DNA from: Nemertoderma westbladi
Taxonomy: Eukaryota; Animalia; Xenacoelomorpha
NCBI GenBank assembly: GCA_032718475.1
Contig: JAUCBJ010003966.1
Coordinates: 1-64,000 of the forward strand
Direction: 5' to 3'
Length of the DNA: 64,000 nt
The position numbers and the translations under genes are program-made. This document shows positions 40,701 to 52,700 of this stretch, in pieces (within the stretch, counting starts at the first letter, position 1; each line of letters begins with the position of its first letter). The notes below the pieces were generated by a model. That model saw only the letters and a list, made by a program, of their open reading frames with translations. It was not told the DNA's origin and did no database searches.

Positions 40701-43700
40701 GATACAGGTGTTAAAAATAGATAAGATACAGGTGTTAAAAATAGATAAAAAGATATAGGTGTTAAAAATAGATAAAAAAGATACAGGTGTTAAAAATAGA
40801 TAAAACGATACAGGTGTTAAAAATATATAAAAAAGATACAGGTGTTAAAAATAGATAAAAAGATACAGGTGTTAAAAATAGATAAAAAGATACAGGTGTT
40901 AAAAATAGATAATAAGATACAGGTGTTAAAAATATATAAAAAAGATACAGGTGTTAAAAATAGATAAAACGATACAGGTGTTAAAAATAAATAAAAAGAT
41001 ACAGGTGTTAAAAATAGATAAAAAAGATACAGGTGTTAAAAATAGATAAAAAGATACAGGTGTTAAAAATAGATAAAAAGATACAGGTGTTAAAAACAGA
41101 TAAAAAGATACAGGTGTTAAAAATATATAAAAAGATACAGGTGTTAAAAACAGATAAAAAGATAAAGGTGTTAAAAATAAATAAAAAGATACAGGTGTTA
41201 AAAATAGATAAAAAGATACAGGTGTTAAAAATAGATAAAAAGATACAGGTGTTAAAAATAGATAAAAAGATACAGGTGTTAAAAATAGATAAAAAGATAC
41301 AGGTGTTAAAAACAGATAAAAAGATAAAGGTGTTAAAAATAAATAAACAAGATACAGGTGTTAAAAATAGATAAAAAGATACAGGTGTTAAAAACAGATA
41401 AAAAGATACAGGTGTTAAAAATAGATAAGATACAGGTGTTAAAAATAGATAAAAAGATACAGGTGTTAAAAACAGATAAAAAGATAAAGGTGTTAAAAAT
41501 AAATAAAAAGATACAGGTGTTAAAAATAAATAAAAAGATACAGGTGTTAAAAATAGATAAAAAGATACAGGTGTTAAAAATAGATAAAAAGATACAGGTG
41601 TTAAAAATAGATAAAAAGATACAGGTGTTAAAAACAGATAAAAAGATAAAGGTGTTAAAAATAAATAAAAAGATACAGGTGTTAAAAATAGATAAAAAGA
41701 TACAGGTGTTAAAAATAGATAAAAAGATACAGGTGTTAAAAATAGATAAGATACAGGTGTTAAAAATAAATAAAAAGATACAGGTGTTAAAAATAGATAA
41801 AAAGATACAGGTGTTAAAAATAGATAAGATACAGGTGTTAAAAATAGATAAAAAGATACAGGTGTTAAAAATAGATAAGATACAGGTGTTAAAAATAGAT
41901 AAAAAGATACAGGTGTTAAAAACAGATAAAAAGATAAAGGTGTTAAAAATAAATAAACAAGATACAGGTGTTAAAAATAGATAAAAAGATACAGGTGTTA
42001 AAAATAGATAAGATACAGGTGTTAAAAATAAATAAAAAGATACAGGTGTTAAAAATAGATAAAAAGATACAGGTGTTAAAAATAGATAAGATACAGGTGT
42101 TAAAAATAAATAAAAAGATACAGGTGTTAAAAATAGATAAAAAGATACAGGTGTTAAAAATAGATAAAAAGATACAGGTGTTAAAAATAGATAAAAAGAT
42201 ACAGGTGTTAAAAATAGATAAAAAGATACAGGTGTTAAAAATAGATAAAAAGATACAGGTGTTAAAAATAGATAAGATACAGGTGTTAAAAATAGATAAA
42301 AAGATACAGGTGTTAAAAATAGATAAACCGATACAGGTGTTAAAAATAGATAAAAAGATACAGGTGTTAAAAATAGATAAAAAGATACAGGTGTTAAAAA
42401 TAGATAAAAAAGATACAGGTGTTAAAAATAGATAAAAAGATACAGGTGTTAAAAATAGATAAAAATATACAGGTGTTTAAAACAGATAAAAAGATACAGG
42501 TGTTAAAAATAGATAAAAAGATACAGGTGTTAAAAATAGATAAACCGATACAGGTGTTAAAAATAGATAAAAAGATACAGGTGTTAAAAATAGATAAAAC
42601 GATACAGGTGTTAAAAATAGATAAAAAGATACAGGTGTTAAAAATAGATAAAAAGATACAGGTGTTAAAAATAGATAAAAATATACAGGTGTTTAAAACA
42701 GATAAAAAGATACAGGTGTTAAAAATAGATAAAAAAGATACAGGTGTTAAAAATAGATAAAAAGATACAGGTGTTAAAAATAGATAAAAAAGATACAGGT
42801 GTTAAAAATAGATAAAAAGATACAGGTGTTAAAAATAGATAAAAATATACAGGTGTTTAAAACAGATAAAAAGATACAGGTGTTAAAAATAGATAAAAAA
42901 GATACAGGTGTTAAAAATAGATAAAAAGATACAGGTGTTAAAAATAGATAAAAAGATACAGGTGTTAAAAATAGATAAAAAGATACAGGTGCTAAAAATA
43001 GATAAAAAGATACAGGTGTTAAAAATAGATAAAAAGATACAGGTGTTAAAAATAGATAAAAATATACAGGTGTTTAAAACAGATAAAAAGATACAGGTGT
43101 TAAAAATAGATAAAAAAGATACAGGTGTTCAAAATAGATAAAAAGATACAGGTGTTAAAAATAGATAAAAAGATACAGGTGTTAAAAATAGATAAAAAGA
43201 TACAGGTGTTAAAAATAGATAAAAAGATACAGGTGTTAAAAATAGATAAAAAGATACAGGTGTTAAAAATAGATAAAAAGATACAGGTGTTAAAAATAGA
43301 TAAAAAGATACAGGTGTTAAAAATAGATAAAAATATACAGGTGCTAAAAATAGATAAGATACAGGTGTTAAAAATAGATAAAAAGATACAGGTGCTAAAA
43401 ATAGATAAGATACAGGTGTTAAAAATAGATAAAAAGATACAGGTGTTAAAAATAGATAAAAAGATACAGGTGTTAAAAATAGATAAAAAGATACAGGTGA
43501 TAAAAATAGATAAACCGATACAGGTGTTAAAAATAGATAAAAAGATACAGGTGTTAAAAATAGATAAAAATATACAGGTGTTAAAATATAATTTATTATC
43601 GCGAGTTAAAAAAATATCGCGATTAAGACATTTTTACTCTCGATATTTTTCACCAATACCTTATTTGCAATTTAAAACAGGCAAACTAGTTATTTGTTTC

Positions 43701-46700
43701 CATTGAGTCAATCCCAAACTGATGGCACGCACAATCTATGTTCCCGCTAATACTTCTAGCTCTACAAAAAGCTGTAAGCTTACGTGCTGCATCCACCCAG
43801 CAGGCGCGTCCCCAATGTTCGCCCAGTTACAATAATAATGTACTCAGTTGTATATATTATCAACATTAAAATGTCAAGTATTAATCTAAAAGTTGACGTA
43901 TTTCTCAACGGTTTCACGTTTTATACTGAAATATTAACACGAAAAAACGAAAGCAAGTGAAATATGAAACGTTAGTCTAAGTGAATTACCATATATTTAA
44001 ATCGAACATGTTGGAATAATTAAAAGTTTAAAAGTTCACCTGGAATCTCGTTGATGTAAACATCAGAGTTTCCGGATTTCATTGTAACGGTGCACTCGAA
44101 TGGAGCGTATAGTTGTCTCGCCTGCTCCCAGTAGGCGCTGTAACCACTCACTGCGTCCAAACTAATTCCTAAGAGAAGAGCAAATCAATAATCAATAATA
44201 TTAATAAGTACTGCGGTAAACATAGGGTAAACATTCTCTATTGAGTTTTTCAATAATTCCATTTGTTCTTTTATTTTCCAGAAAGTTTTCAAAAATTAAA
44301 ATGAATCCGTTAATATAAAAAATAGAAATAAGGAACCCCATGTAAAGGTGCGTTCACATAACGTTTGTGTACGTGTGTAATTTAGCATGATTGATTCTTT
44401 TTCTCGGAATTACTAAACTATTTATTTTACCTGTATCTAAATCAGTTCCCTCCAACTCCGCAACCACGGCGCCCATCGATGGCTGTGACGTCATCCCACT
44501 CATAGAGTCGACGGCAACGTCTACGACGTCAGCGCCGGCTCTTCCGGCGGCTAACATTGCGGCGACACCGGCACCGGCGGTGTCGTGTGTGTGGACGTGG
44601 ATCGGGAGGTCTGGATACCGGTCCCGTAGAGCAGTAACCAGCAGATGAGCAGCGCGGGGCTTCAGTAATCCAGCCATATCCTAAGGCGAAGATAAATAGA
44701 TCAAAGTGAAGTAACTTAAAGAAAATAAATACTAAGTTGGTATAAATAATGTCTTAGTCCATTTTTTAAGGCCGCCGACTCCGAACCCTGTAAAGACCCA
44801 GTATTGCCGCATTTCCCTCCTGCACTCCACTCCAATACACCCCAACAAACCTGAATAAGGTTCTATCTTCCACCCGAAAAATCGCATCCACAAAAAACGA
44901 ATGTTTCCCAATAAGGAAATTTTTATGTACAAGAAGTGTGAGAAAGTAATTCGTCCCAAATTCTAACCTTAATGGCAAGTATGTGAGTCCCAGCCTTTAC
45001 TAATTCGTCAGCTAAATCCAAATAGTAATCGAGGTTGTATTTAGTGCGACTAGGATCGGAAACATCGCCTGTGTACGATATTGCTGCTTCGACAACACCA
45101 CCGGCTTTACCGGCAGCTTCCATACCGATAATGAGGTTAGGCAGATAGTTGAGGGAGTCGAAGACACGGAAGATATCCATCCCACAGGAGAACGCAAGTT
45201 CACAGAATCTATAAGAAACAGGATGATTTATGGGAGTAAATTATTTAGTAACCCCTGGTCCTGGGATAAGGACAACCTGGTCTTGGGATAAGGACCCCCT
45301 GCTCCTGGGCTAAGGACAAGCTGGGCCTGGGATAAGGACAACCTGGTCCAAGGATAAGGACATCCTGGAGGTGAGGCGTGGAGGTGGCAGGTTTTCTGTT
45401 CAATGACCCATAAGACCTGACAAGACTGTGACCTATGACCTGGCACCATCACGTACTGTACAGAACAAAGAGAGTCCCACAAGAACTGAAACTAATAAGA
45501 TGGTGCCAGTGTACAAGAAGGGCCACATAACACTAACATTTACATAAAATAACGAATCTTTTCGTGAAATCACGTTGTTCACGATTGCTGCAAAGCTATA
45601 CAATAAAATTATATTTATTAGTATCAGGGATCCCGTTGAGAGATGGTTACGTTGAAATCATAATGGGTTCCATAAAGGTGAACCATGGAGCCCTTTCTAG
45701 TATCTCTAACCGGGTTAGGCAGTGGAACCATGGAGCCCTTTCTAGTAGCTCTAACCGGGTTAAGCCGTGGAACCATGGAGCCCTTTCTAGTAGCTCTAAC
45801 CGGGTTAGGCCGTGGAACCATGGAGCCCTTTCTAGTAGCTCTAACCGGGTTAGGCCGTGGAACCATGGAGCCCTTTCTAGTAGCTCTAACCGGGTTAGGC
45901 CGTGGAACCATGGAGCCCTTTCTAGTAGCTCTAACCGGGTTAGGCCGTGGAACCATGGAGCCCTTTCTAGTAGCTCTAACCGGGTTAGGCCGTGGAACCA
46001 TGGAGCCCTTTCTAGTAGCTCTAACCGGGTTAGGCCGTGGAACCATGGAGCCCTTTCTAGTAGCTCTAACCGGGTTAGGCCGTGGAACCATGGAGCCCTT
46101 TCTAGTAGCTCTAACCGGGTTAGGCCGTGGAACCATGGAGCCCTTTCTAGTAGCTCTAACCGGGTTAGGCCGTGGAACCATGGAGCCCCTTCTAGTAGCT
46201 CTAACCGGGTTAGGCCGTGGAACCATGGAGCCCTTTCTAGTAGCTCTAACCGGGTTAGGCCGTGGAACCATGGAGTCCTTTCTAGTAGCTCCAACCGGGT
46301 TAGGCCGTGGAACCATGGAGCCCTTTCTAGTAGCTCTAACCGGGTTAGGCCGTGGAACCATGGAGCCCTTTCTAGTAGCTCTTACCGGGTTAGGCCGTGG
46401 AACCATGGAGCCCTTTCTAGTAACTCTAACCGGGTTAGGCCGTGGAACCATGGAGCCCTTTCTAGTAGCTCTAACCGGGTTAGGCCGTGGAACCATGGAG
46501 CCCTTTCTAGTAGCTCTTACCGGGTTAGGCTGTGGAACCATGGAGCCCTTTCTAGTAGTTCTTACCGGGTTAACTTTTTCAGCAACCAGATCACTACGCG
46601 ACGATTCCCTAGCATTTGGGATGTCCACCGCTGCCGGTGACCAGATACATTTTAAGTTGTACGGGGTGTCCTTATGGCATACTAATTACATCGATCATTC

Positions 46701-49700
46701 TTGTTTATAATTGAACAAGAATGAACCTAATTAAACTTACATAATGGATTATGCTCTACACGGAGACCGGCATTGGACATATGCGGATAAAGTTATGGGT
46801 GATAGGGAGTAGTGGAGACACAATTTTGCCGATAAGCCGGTATCTCAATGCTGCATGTCGATTAGATAGATGGGTCTCCAAATATTAATTCGGAATCAAT
46901 ATTTTCCAATGAAAAACGGTGTCACAGCTTTCCGAATTTGGCTAAATTAGGAAATATTTGAAAATAGATACATACAAGAGGTGAACCTGTGAGATGAGAG
47001 ATAGAGTAAGTTTTAAAAGACAGATGTTAAGTGTTATCTGTTAGGAAGATAGTAACTCACTTTTCGACTACGTTATCCGGGTAGTTAGTATACCCGACGG
47101 TGTTGGCACCCCTAAGCAGCATCTGGAAGGGAATATTAGGAACGAGTTGGCGCAGTTCCTCGAGGCGTTCCCACGGACACTCGTGGAGGAATCTCATGGC
47201 CACGTCGAAGGTTGCCCCGCCCCAGTTCTCGAGCGCGAACAAAGAACTCAGTCGATGGGCGACAAACGGGCTGATTCGCTTGAGGTCGTGGGTTCGTACT
47301 CGGGTCGCTAGGAGGCTCTGGTGGGCGTCTCGGAAGGTGGTGTCCATGAGGAGGAGGCCCCGATGGTCGCGGATGCATTTAGCAAACGCCTCCGGTCCGT
47401 GTTGAAGGAGAATGGAACGGAAACTGTCTGGGGCAACGCTACCTAATGATGGGGGTATTGTTCGTGAGTAAAATAATGTTGGAAAAAGTGAGGAGAAATA
47501 GAGTTGCAATTTAGTAAAATCGAATTAGACAAATGTCTTAAAATATATATACACACACGTATAAAGTAACACGATATATCGGTGGACTATAATAACTGGG
47601 AATAATATTTACCAACCGTATTTGGGATAAGGAGGCACAACTGGGTCCACGTGGGCTGGGGGTACGTCGGTCCCTAACGGGGTTAGGGGTCCGTTCACCG
47701 AAAGGTTGCCTAGAAAATAGAGAAGTTTCTGGGCCCGATTGAGCGTAGGTCGAAGATGGAACAGCTCGGGGTGTTCGTCGATAAAGTAGGTGTCAACGGT
47801 ACCGGAGAGAAAACGTTCGTTGTATAGAACATTGAGTAGGAAGTTGATATTAGTCTAAAAAACAATGAGTAGGAAGTTGATATTGGTCTAAAAGACATTG
47901 AGTAGGAAGTTGATATTTGTCTAAAATACATTGAGTAGGAAATTGATATTAGTCTAAAAAACATCGAGTAGGAAGTTGATATTAGTCTAAAAACATTGAG
48001 TAGGAAGTTGATGTTGGTCTAAAAAACATTGAGTAGGAAGTTGATATTGGTCTAAAAAAACATTGAGTGCGACGTTGATATTTGTCTAAAAAACATTGAG
48101 TAGGAAGTTGATATTGGTCTAAAAAAACATTGAGTGCGACGTTGATATTTGTCTAAAAAACAATGAGTAGGAAGTTGATATTGGTCTAAAAAACATCGAG
48201 TAGGAAGTTGATATTAGTCTAAAAACATTGAGTAGGAAGTTGATGTTGGTCTAAAAAACATTGAGTAGGAAGTTGATATTGGTCAACATTGGGGTCCGTT
48301 CACCGAAAGGTTGCCTAGAAAATAGAGAAGTTTCTGGGCCCGATTGAGCGTAGGTCGAAGATGGAACAGCTCGGGGTGTTCGTCGATAAAGTAGGTGTCA
48401 ACGGTACCGGAGAGAAAACGTTCGTTGTATAGAACATTGAGTAGGAAGTTGATATTAGTCTAAAAAACAATGAGTAGGAAGTTGATATTGGTCTAAAAGA
48501 CATTGAGTAGGAAGTTGATATTTGTCTAAAATACATTGAGTAGGAAATTGATATTAGTCTAAAAAACATCGAGTAGGAAGTTGATATTAGTCTAAAAACA
48601 TTGAGTAGGAAGTTGATAATAGTCTAAAAAACATTGAGTAGGAAGTTGATATTGGTCTAAAAGACATTGAGTAGGACCTTGATATTTGTCTAAAAAACAT
48701 TGAGTAGGAAGTTGATATTGGTCTAAAAAAACATTGAGTGCGACGTTGATATTTGTCTAAAAAACATTGAGTAGGAAGTTGATATTGGTCTAAAAAACAT
48801 TGAGTAGGAAGTTGATATTGGTCTAAAAAACATCGAGTAGGAAGTTGATATTAGTCTAAAAACATTGAGTAGGAAGTTGATGTTGGTCTAAAAAACATTG
48901 AGTAGGAAGTTGATATTGGTCTAAAAAACATTGAGTGCGACGTTGATATTTGTCTAAAAAACATTGAGTAGGAAGTAGGTGTCAACGGTACCGGAGAGAA
49001 AACGTTCGTTGTATAGAACATTGAGTAGGAAGTTGATATTAGTCTAAAAAACAATGAGTAGGAAGTTGATATTGGTCTAAAAGACATTGAGTAGGAAGTT
49101 GATATTTGTCTAAAATACATTGAGTAGGAAATTGATATTAGTCTAAAAAACATCGAGTAGGAAGTTGATATTAGTCTAAAAAACAATGAGTAGGAAGTTG
49201 ATATTGGTCTAAAAAACATCGAGTAGGAAGTTGATATTAGTCTAAAAACATTGAGTAGGAAGTTGATGTTGGTCTAAAAAACATTGAGTAGGAAGTTGAT
49301 ATTGGTCTAAAAAAACATTGAGTGCGACGTTGATATTTGTCTAAAAAACATTGAGTAGGAAGTTGATATTGGTCTAAAAAACATTGAGTAGAAAGTTGAT
49401 ATTTGTCTAAAAAACATTGAGTAGGAAGTTGATATTGGTCTAAAAAAACATTGAGTGCGACGTTGATATTTGTCTAAAAAACATTGAGTAGGAAGTTGAT
49501 ATTGGTCTAAAAAACATTGAGTAGGAAGTTGATATTGGTCTAAAAAACATCGAGTAGGAAGTTGATATTAGTCTAAAAACATTGAGTAGGAAGTTGATGT
49601 TGGTCTAAAAAACATTGAGTAGGAAGTTGATATTGGTCTAAAAAACATTGAGTGCGACGTTGATATTTGTCTAAAAAACATTGAGTAGGAAGTTGATATT

Positions 49701-52700
49701 AGTCTAAAAAACAATGAGTAGGAAGTTGATATTGGTCTAAAAGACATTGAGTAGGAAGTTGATATTTGTCTAAAATACATTGAGTAGGAAATTGATATTA
49801 GTCTAAAAAACATCGAGTAGGAAGTTGATATTAGTCTAAAAAACAATGAGTAGGAAGTTGATATTGGTCTAAAAAACATCGAGTAGGAAGTTGATATTAG
49901 TCTAAAAACATTGAGTAGGAAGTTGATGTTGGTCTAAAAAACATTGAGTAGGAAGTTGATATTGGTCTAAAAAAACATTGAGTGCGACGTTGATATTTGT
50001 CTAAAAAACATTGAGTAGGAAGTTGATATTGGTCTAAAAAACATTGAGTAGGAAGTTGATATTTGTCTAAAAAACATTGAGTAGGAAGTTGATATTGGTC
50101 TAAAAAAACATTGAGTGCGACGTTGATATTTGTCTAAAAAACATTGAGTAGGAAGTTGATATTGGTCTAAAAAACATTGAGTAGGAAGTTGATATTGGTC
50201 TAAAAAACATCGAGTAGGAAGTTGATATTAGTCTAAAAACATTGAGTAGGAAGTTGATGTTGGTCTAAAAAACATTGAGTAGGAAGTTGATATTGGTCTA
50301 AAAAACATTGAGTGCGACGTTGATATTTGTCTAAAAAACATTGAGTAGGAAGTTGATATTGGTCTAAAAAACATTATTAGTCTAAAAGACATTGAGTAGG
50401 AAGTTGATATTGGTTTAAAAAACATTGAGTAGGAAGTTGATATTTGTCTAAAAAACATTGAGTAGGAAGTTGATATTGGTCTAAAAAACATTGAGTAGGA
50501 AGTTGATAATAGTCTAAAAAACATTGAGTAGGAAGTTGATAATGGTCTAAAAAACATTGAGTAGGAAGTTGATATTGGTCTAAAAGACATTGAGTAGGAA
50601 GTTGATAATAGTCTAAAAAACATTGAGTAGGAAGTTGATATTGGTCTAAAAAACAATGAGTAGGAAGTTGATATTTGTCTAAAAAACATTGAGTAGGAAG
50701 TTGATATTGGTCTAAAAAACATTGAGTAGGAAGTTGATAATAGTCTAAAAAACATTGAGTAGGAAGTTGATATTGGTCTAAAAAACATTGAGTAGGAAGT
50801 TGATATTGGTCTAAAAGACATTGAGAAGGAAGTTGATAATAGTCTAAAAAACATTGAGTAGGAAGTTGATATTGGTCTAAAAAACAATGAGTAGGAAGTT
50901 GATATTTGTCTAAAAAACATTGAGTAGGAAGTTGATATTGGTCTAAAAAACATTGAGTAGGAAGTTGATAATAGTCTAAAAAATATTGAGTAGGAAGTTG
51001 ATATTGGTCTAAAAGACATTGAGTAGGACCTTGATATTGGTCTAAAAGACACTGAGTAGGAAGTTGATATTGGTCTAAAAAACAATGAGTAGGAAGTTGA
51101 TATTTGTCTAAAAAACATTGAGTAGGAAGTTGATATTAGTCTAAAAGACATTGAGTAGGAAGTTGATATTAGTCTAAAAGACATTGAGTAGGAAGTTGAT
51201 ATTGGTCTAAAAAACATTGAGTAGGAAGTTGATATTAGTCTAAAAGACATTGAGTAGGAAATTGATATTAGTCTAAAAAACATTGAGTAGGAAGTTGATA
51301 TTAGTCTAAAAGACATTGAGTAGGAAATTGATATTAGTCTAAAAGACATTGAGTAGGAAGTTGATATTGGTCTAAAAAACATTGAGTAGGAATTTGATAT
51401 TGGTCTAAAAGACATTGAGTTGGACCTTGATATTGGTCTACAATACATTGAGTAGGAAGTTGATATTAGTCTAAAAGATATTGAGTAGGAAGTTGATATT
51501 GGTCTATAAGTCTTTGAGTAGGAAGTTGATATTGGTCTAAAAAAGATCGAGTAGGAAGTTGATATTGGTCTAAAAAACATCGAGTAGGAAGTTAATATTG
51601 GTCTAAAAAACATTGAGTAGGAATTTGATATTGGTCTAAAAGACATTGAGTTGGACCTTGATATTGGTCTACAATACATTGAGTAGGAAGTTGATATTAG
51701 TCTAAAAGATATTGAGTAGGAAGTTGATATTGGTCTATAAGACTTTGAGTAGGCAGTTGATATTGGTCTAAAAAAGATCGAGTAGGAAGTTGATATTGGC
51801 CTAAAAAACATCGAGTAGGAAGTTGATATTAGTCTAAAAACATTGAGTAGGAAGTTGATATTAGTCTAAAAGACATTGAGTAGGAAGTTGATATTGGTCT
51901 AAAAAACATTGAGTAGGAATTTGATATTGGTCTAAAAGACATTGAGTTGGACCTTGATATTGGTCTACAATACATTGAGTAGGAAGTTGATATTAGTCTA
52001 AAAGATATTGAGTAGGAAGTTGATATTGGTCTATAAGACTTTGAGTAGGAAGTTGATATTGGTCTAAAAAAGATCGAGTAGGAAGTTGATATTGGCCTAA
52101 AAAACATCGAGTAGGAAGTTGATATTTGTCTAAAAAAGATCGAGTAGGAAGTTGATATTGGTCTAAAAGACATCGAGTAGGAAGTTGATATTAGTCTAAA
52201 AGACTTTGAGTAGGAAGTTGATATTGGTTTAAAAAACATCGAGTAGGAAGTTGATATTGGTCTAAAAGACATCGAGTAGGAAGTTGATATTAGTCTAAAA
52301 GACTTTAAGTAGGAAGTTGATATTGGTTTAAAAAACATCGAGTAGGAAGTTGATATTGGTCTAAAAGACATCGAGTAGGAAGTTGATATTAGTCTAAAAG
52401 ACTTTGAGTAGGAAGTTGATATTGGTTTAAAAAACATCGAGTAGGAAGTTGATATTGGTCTAAAAGACATCGAGTAGGAAGTTGATATTAGTCTAAAAGA
52501 CTTTAAGTAGGAAGTTGATATTGGTTTAAAAAACATCGAGTAGGAAGTTGATATTGGTCTAAAAGACATCGAGTAGGAAGTTGATATTAGTCTAAAAGAC
52601 TTTGAGTAGGAAGTTGATATTGGATTAAAAAACATCGAGTAGGAAGTTGATATTGGTCTAAAAGACATTGAGTAGGAAGTTGATATTGGTCTAAAAACAT

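Noticed and set aside
34127-43706. IQVLKIDKK and TPVSFYLFL ORFs, superficially LRR-like
   Set aside because: Satellite translations with frequent frameshifts.
45564-46710. ORFs over the 45-bp array, and the array as a fifth junction repeat
   Set aside because: Open in several frames on both strands; the unit matches neither flanking exon and lies mid-intron.
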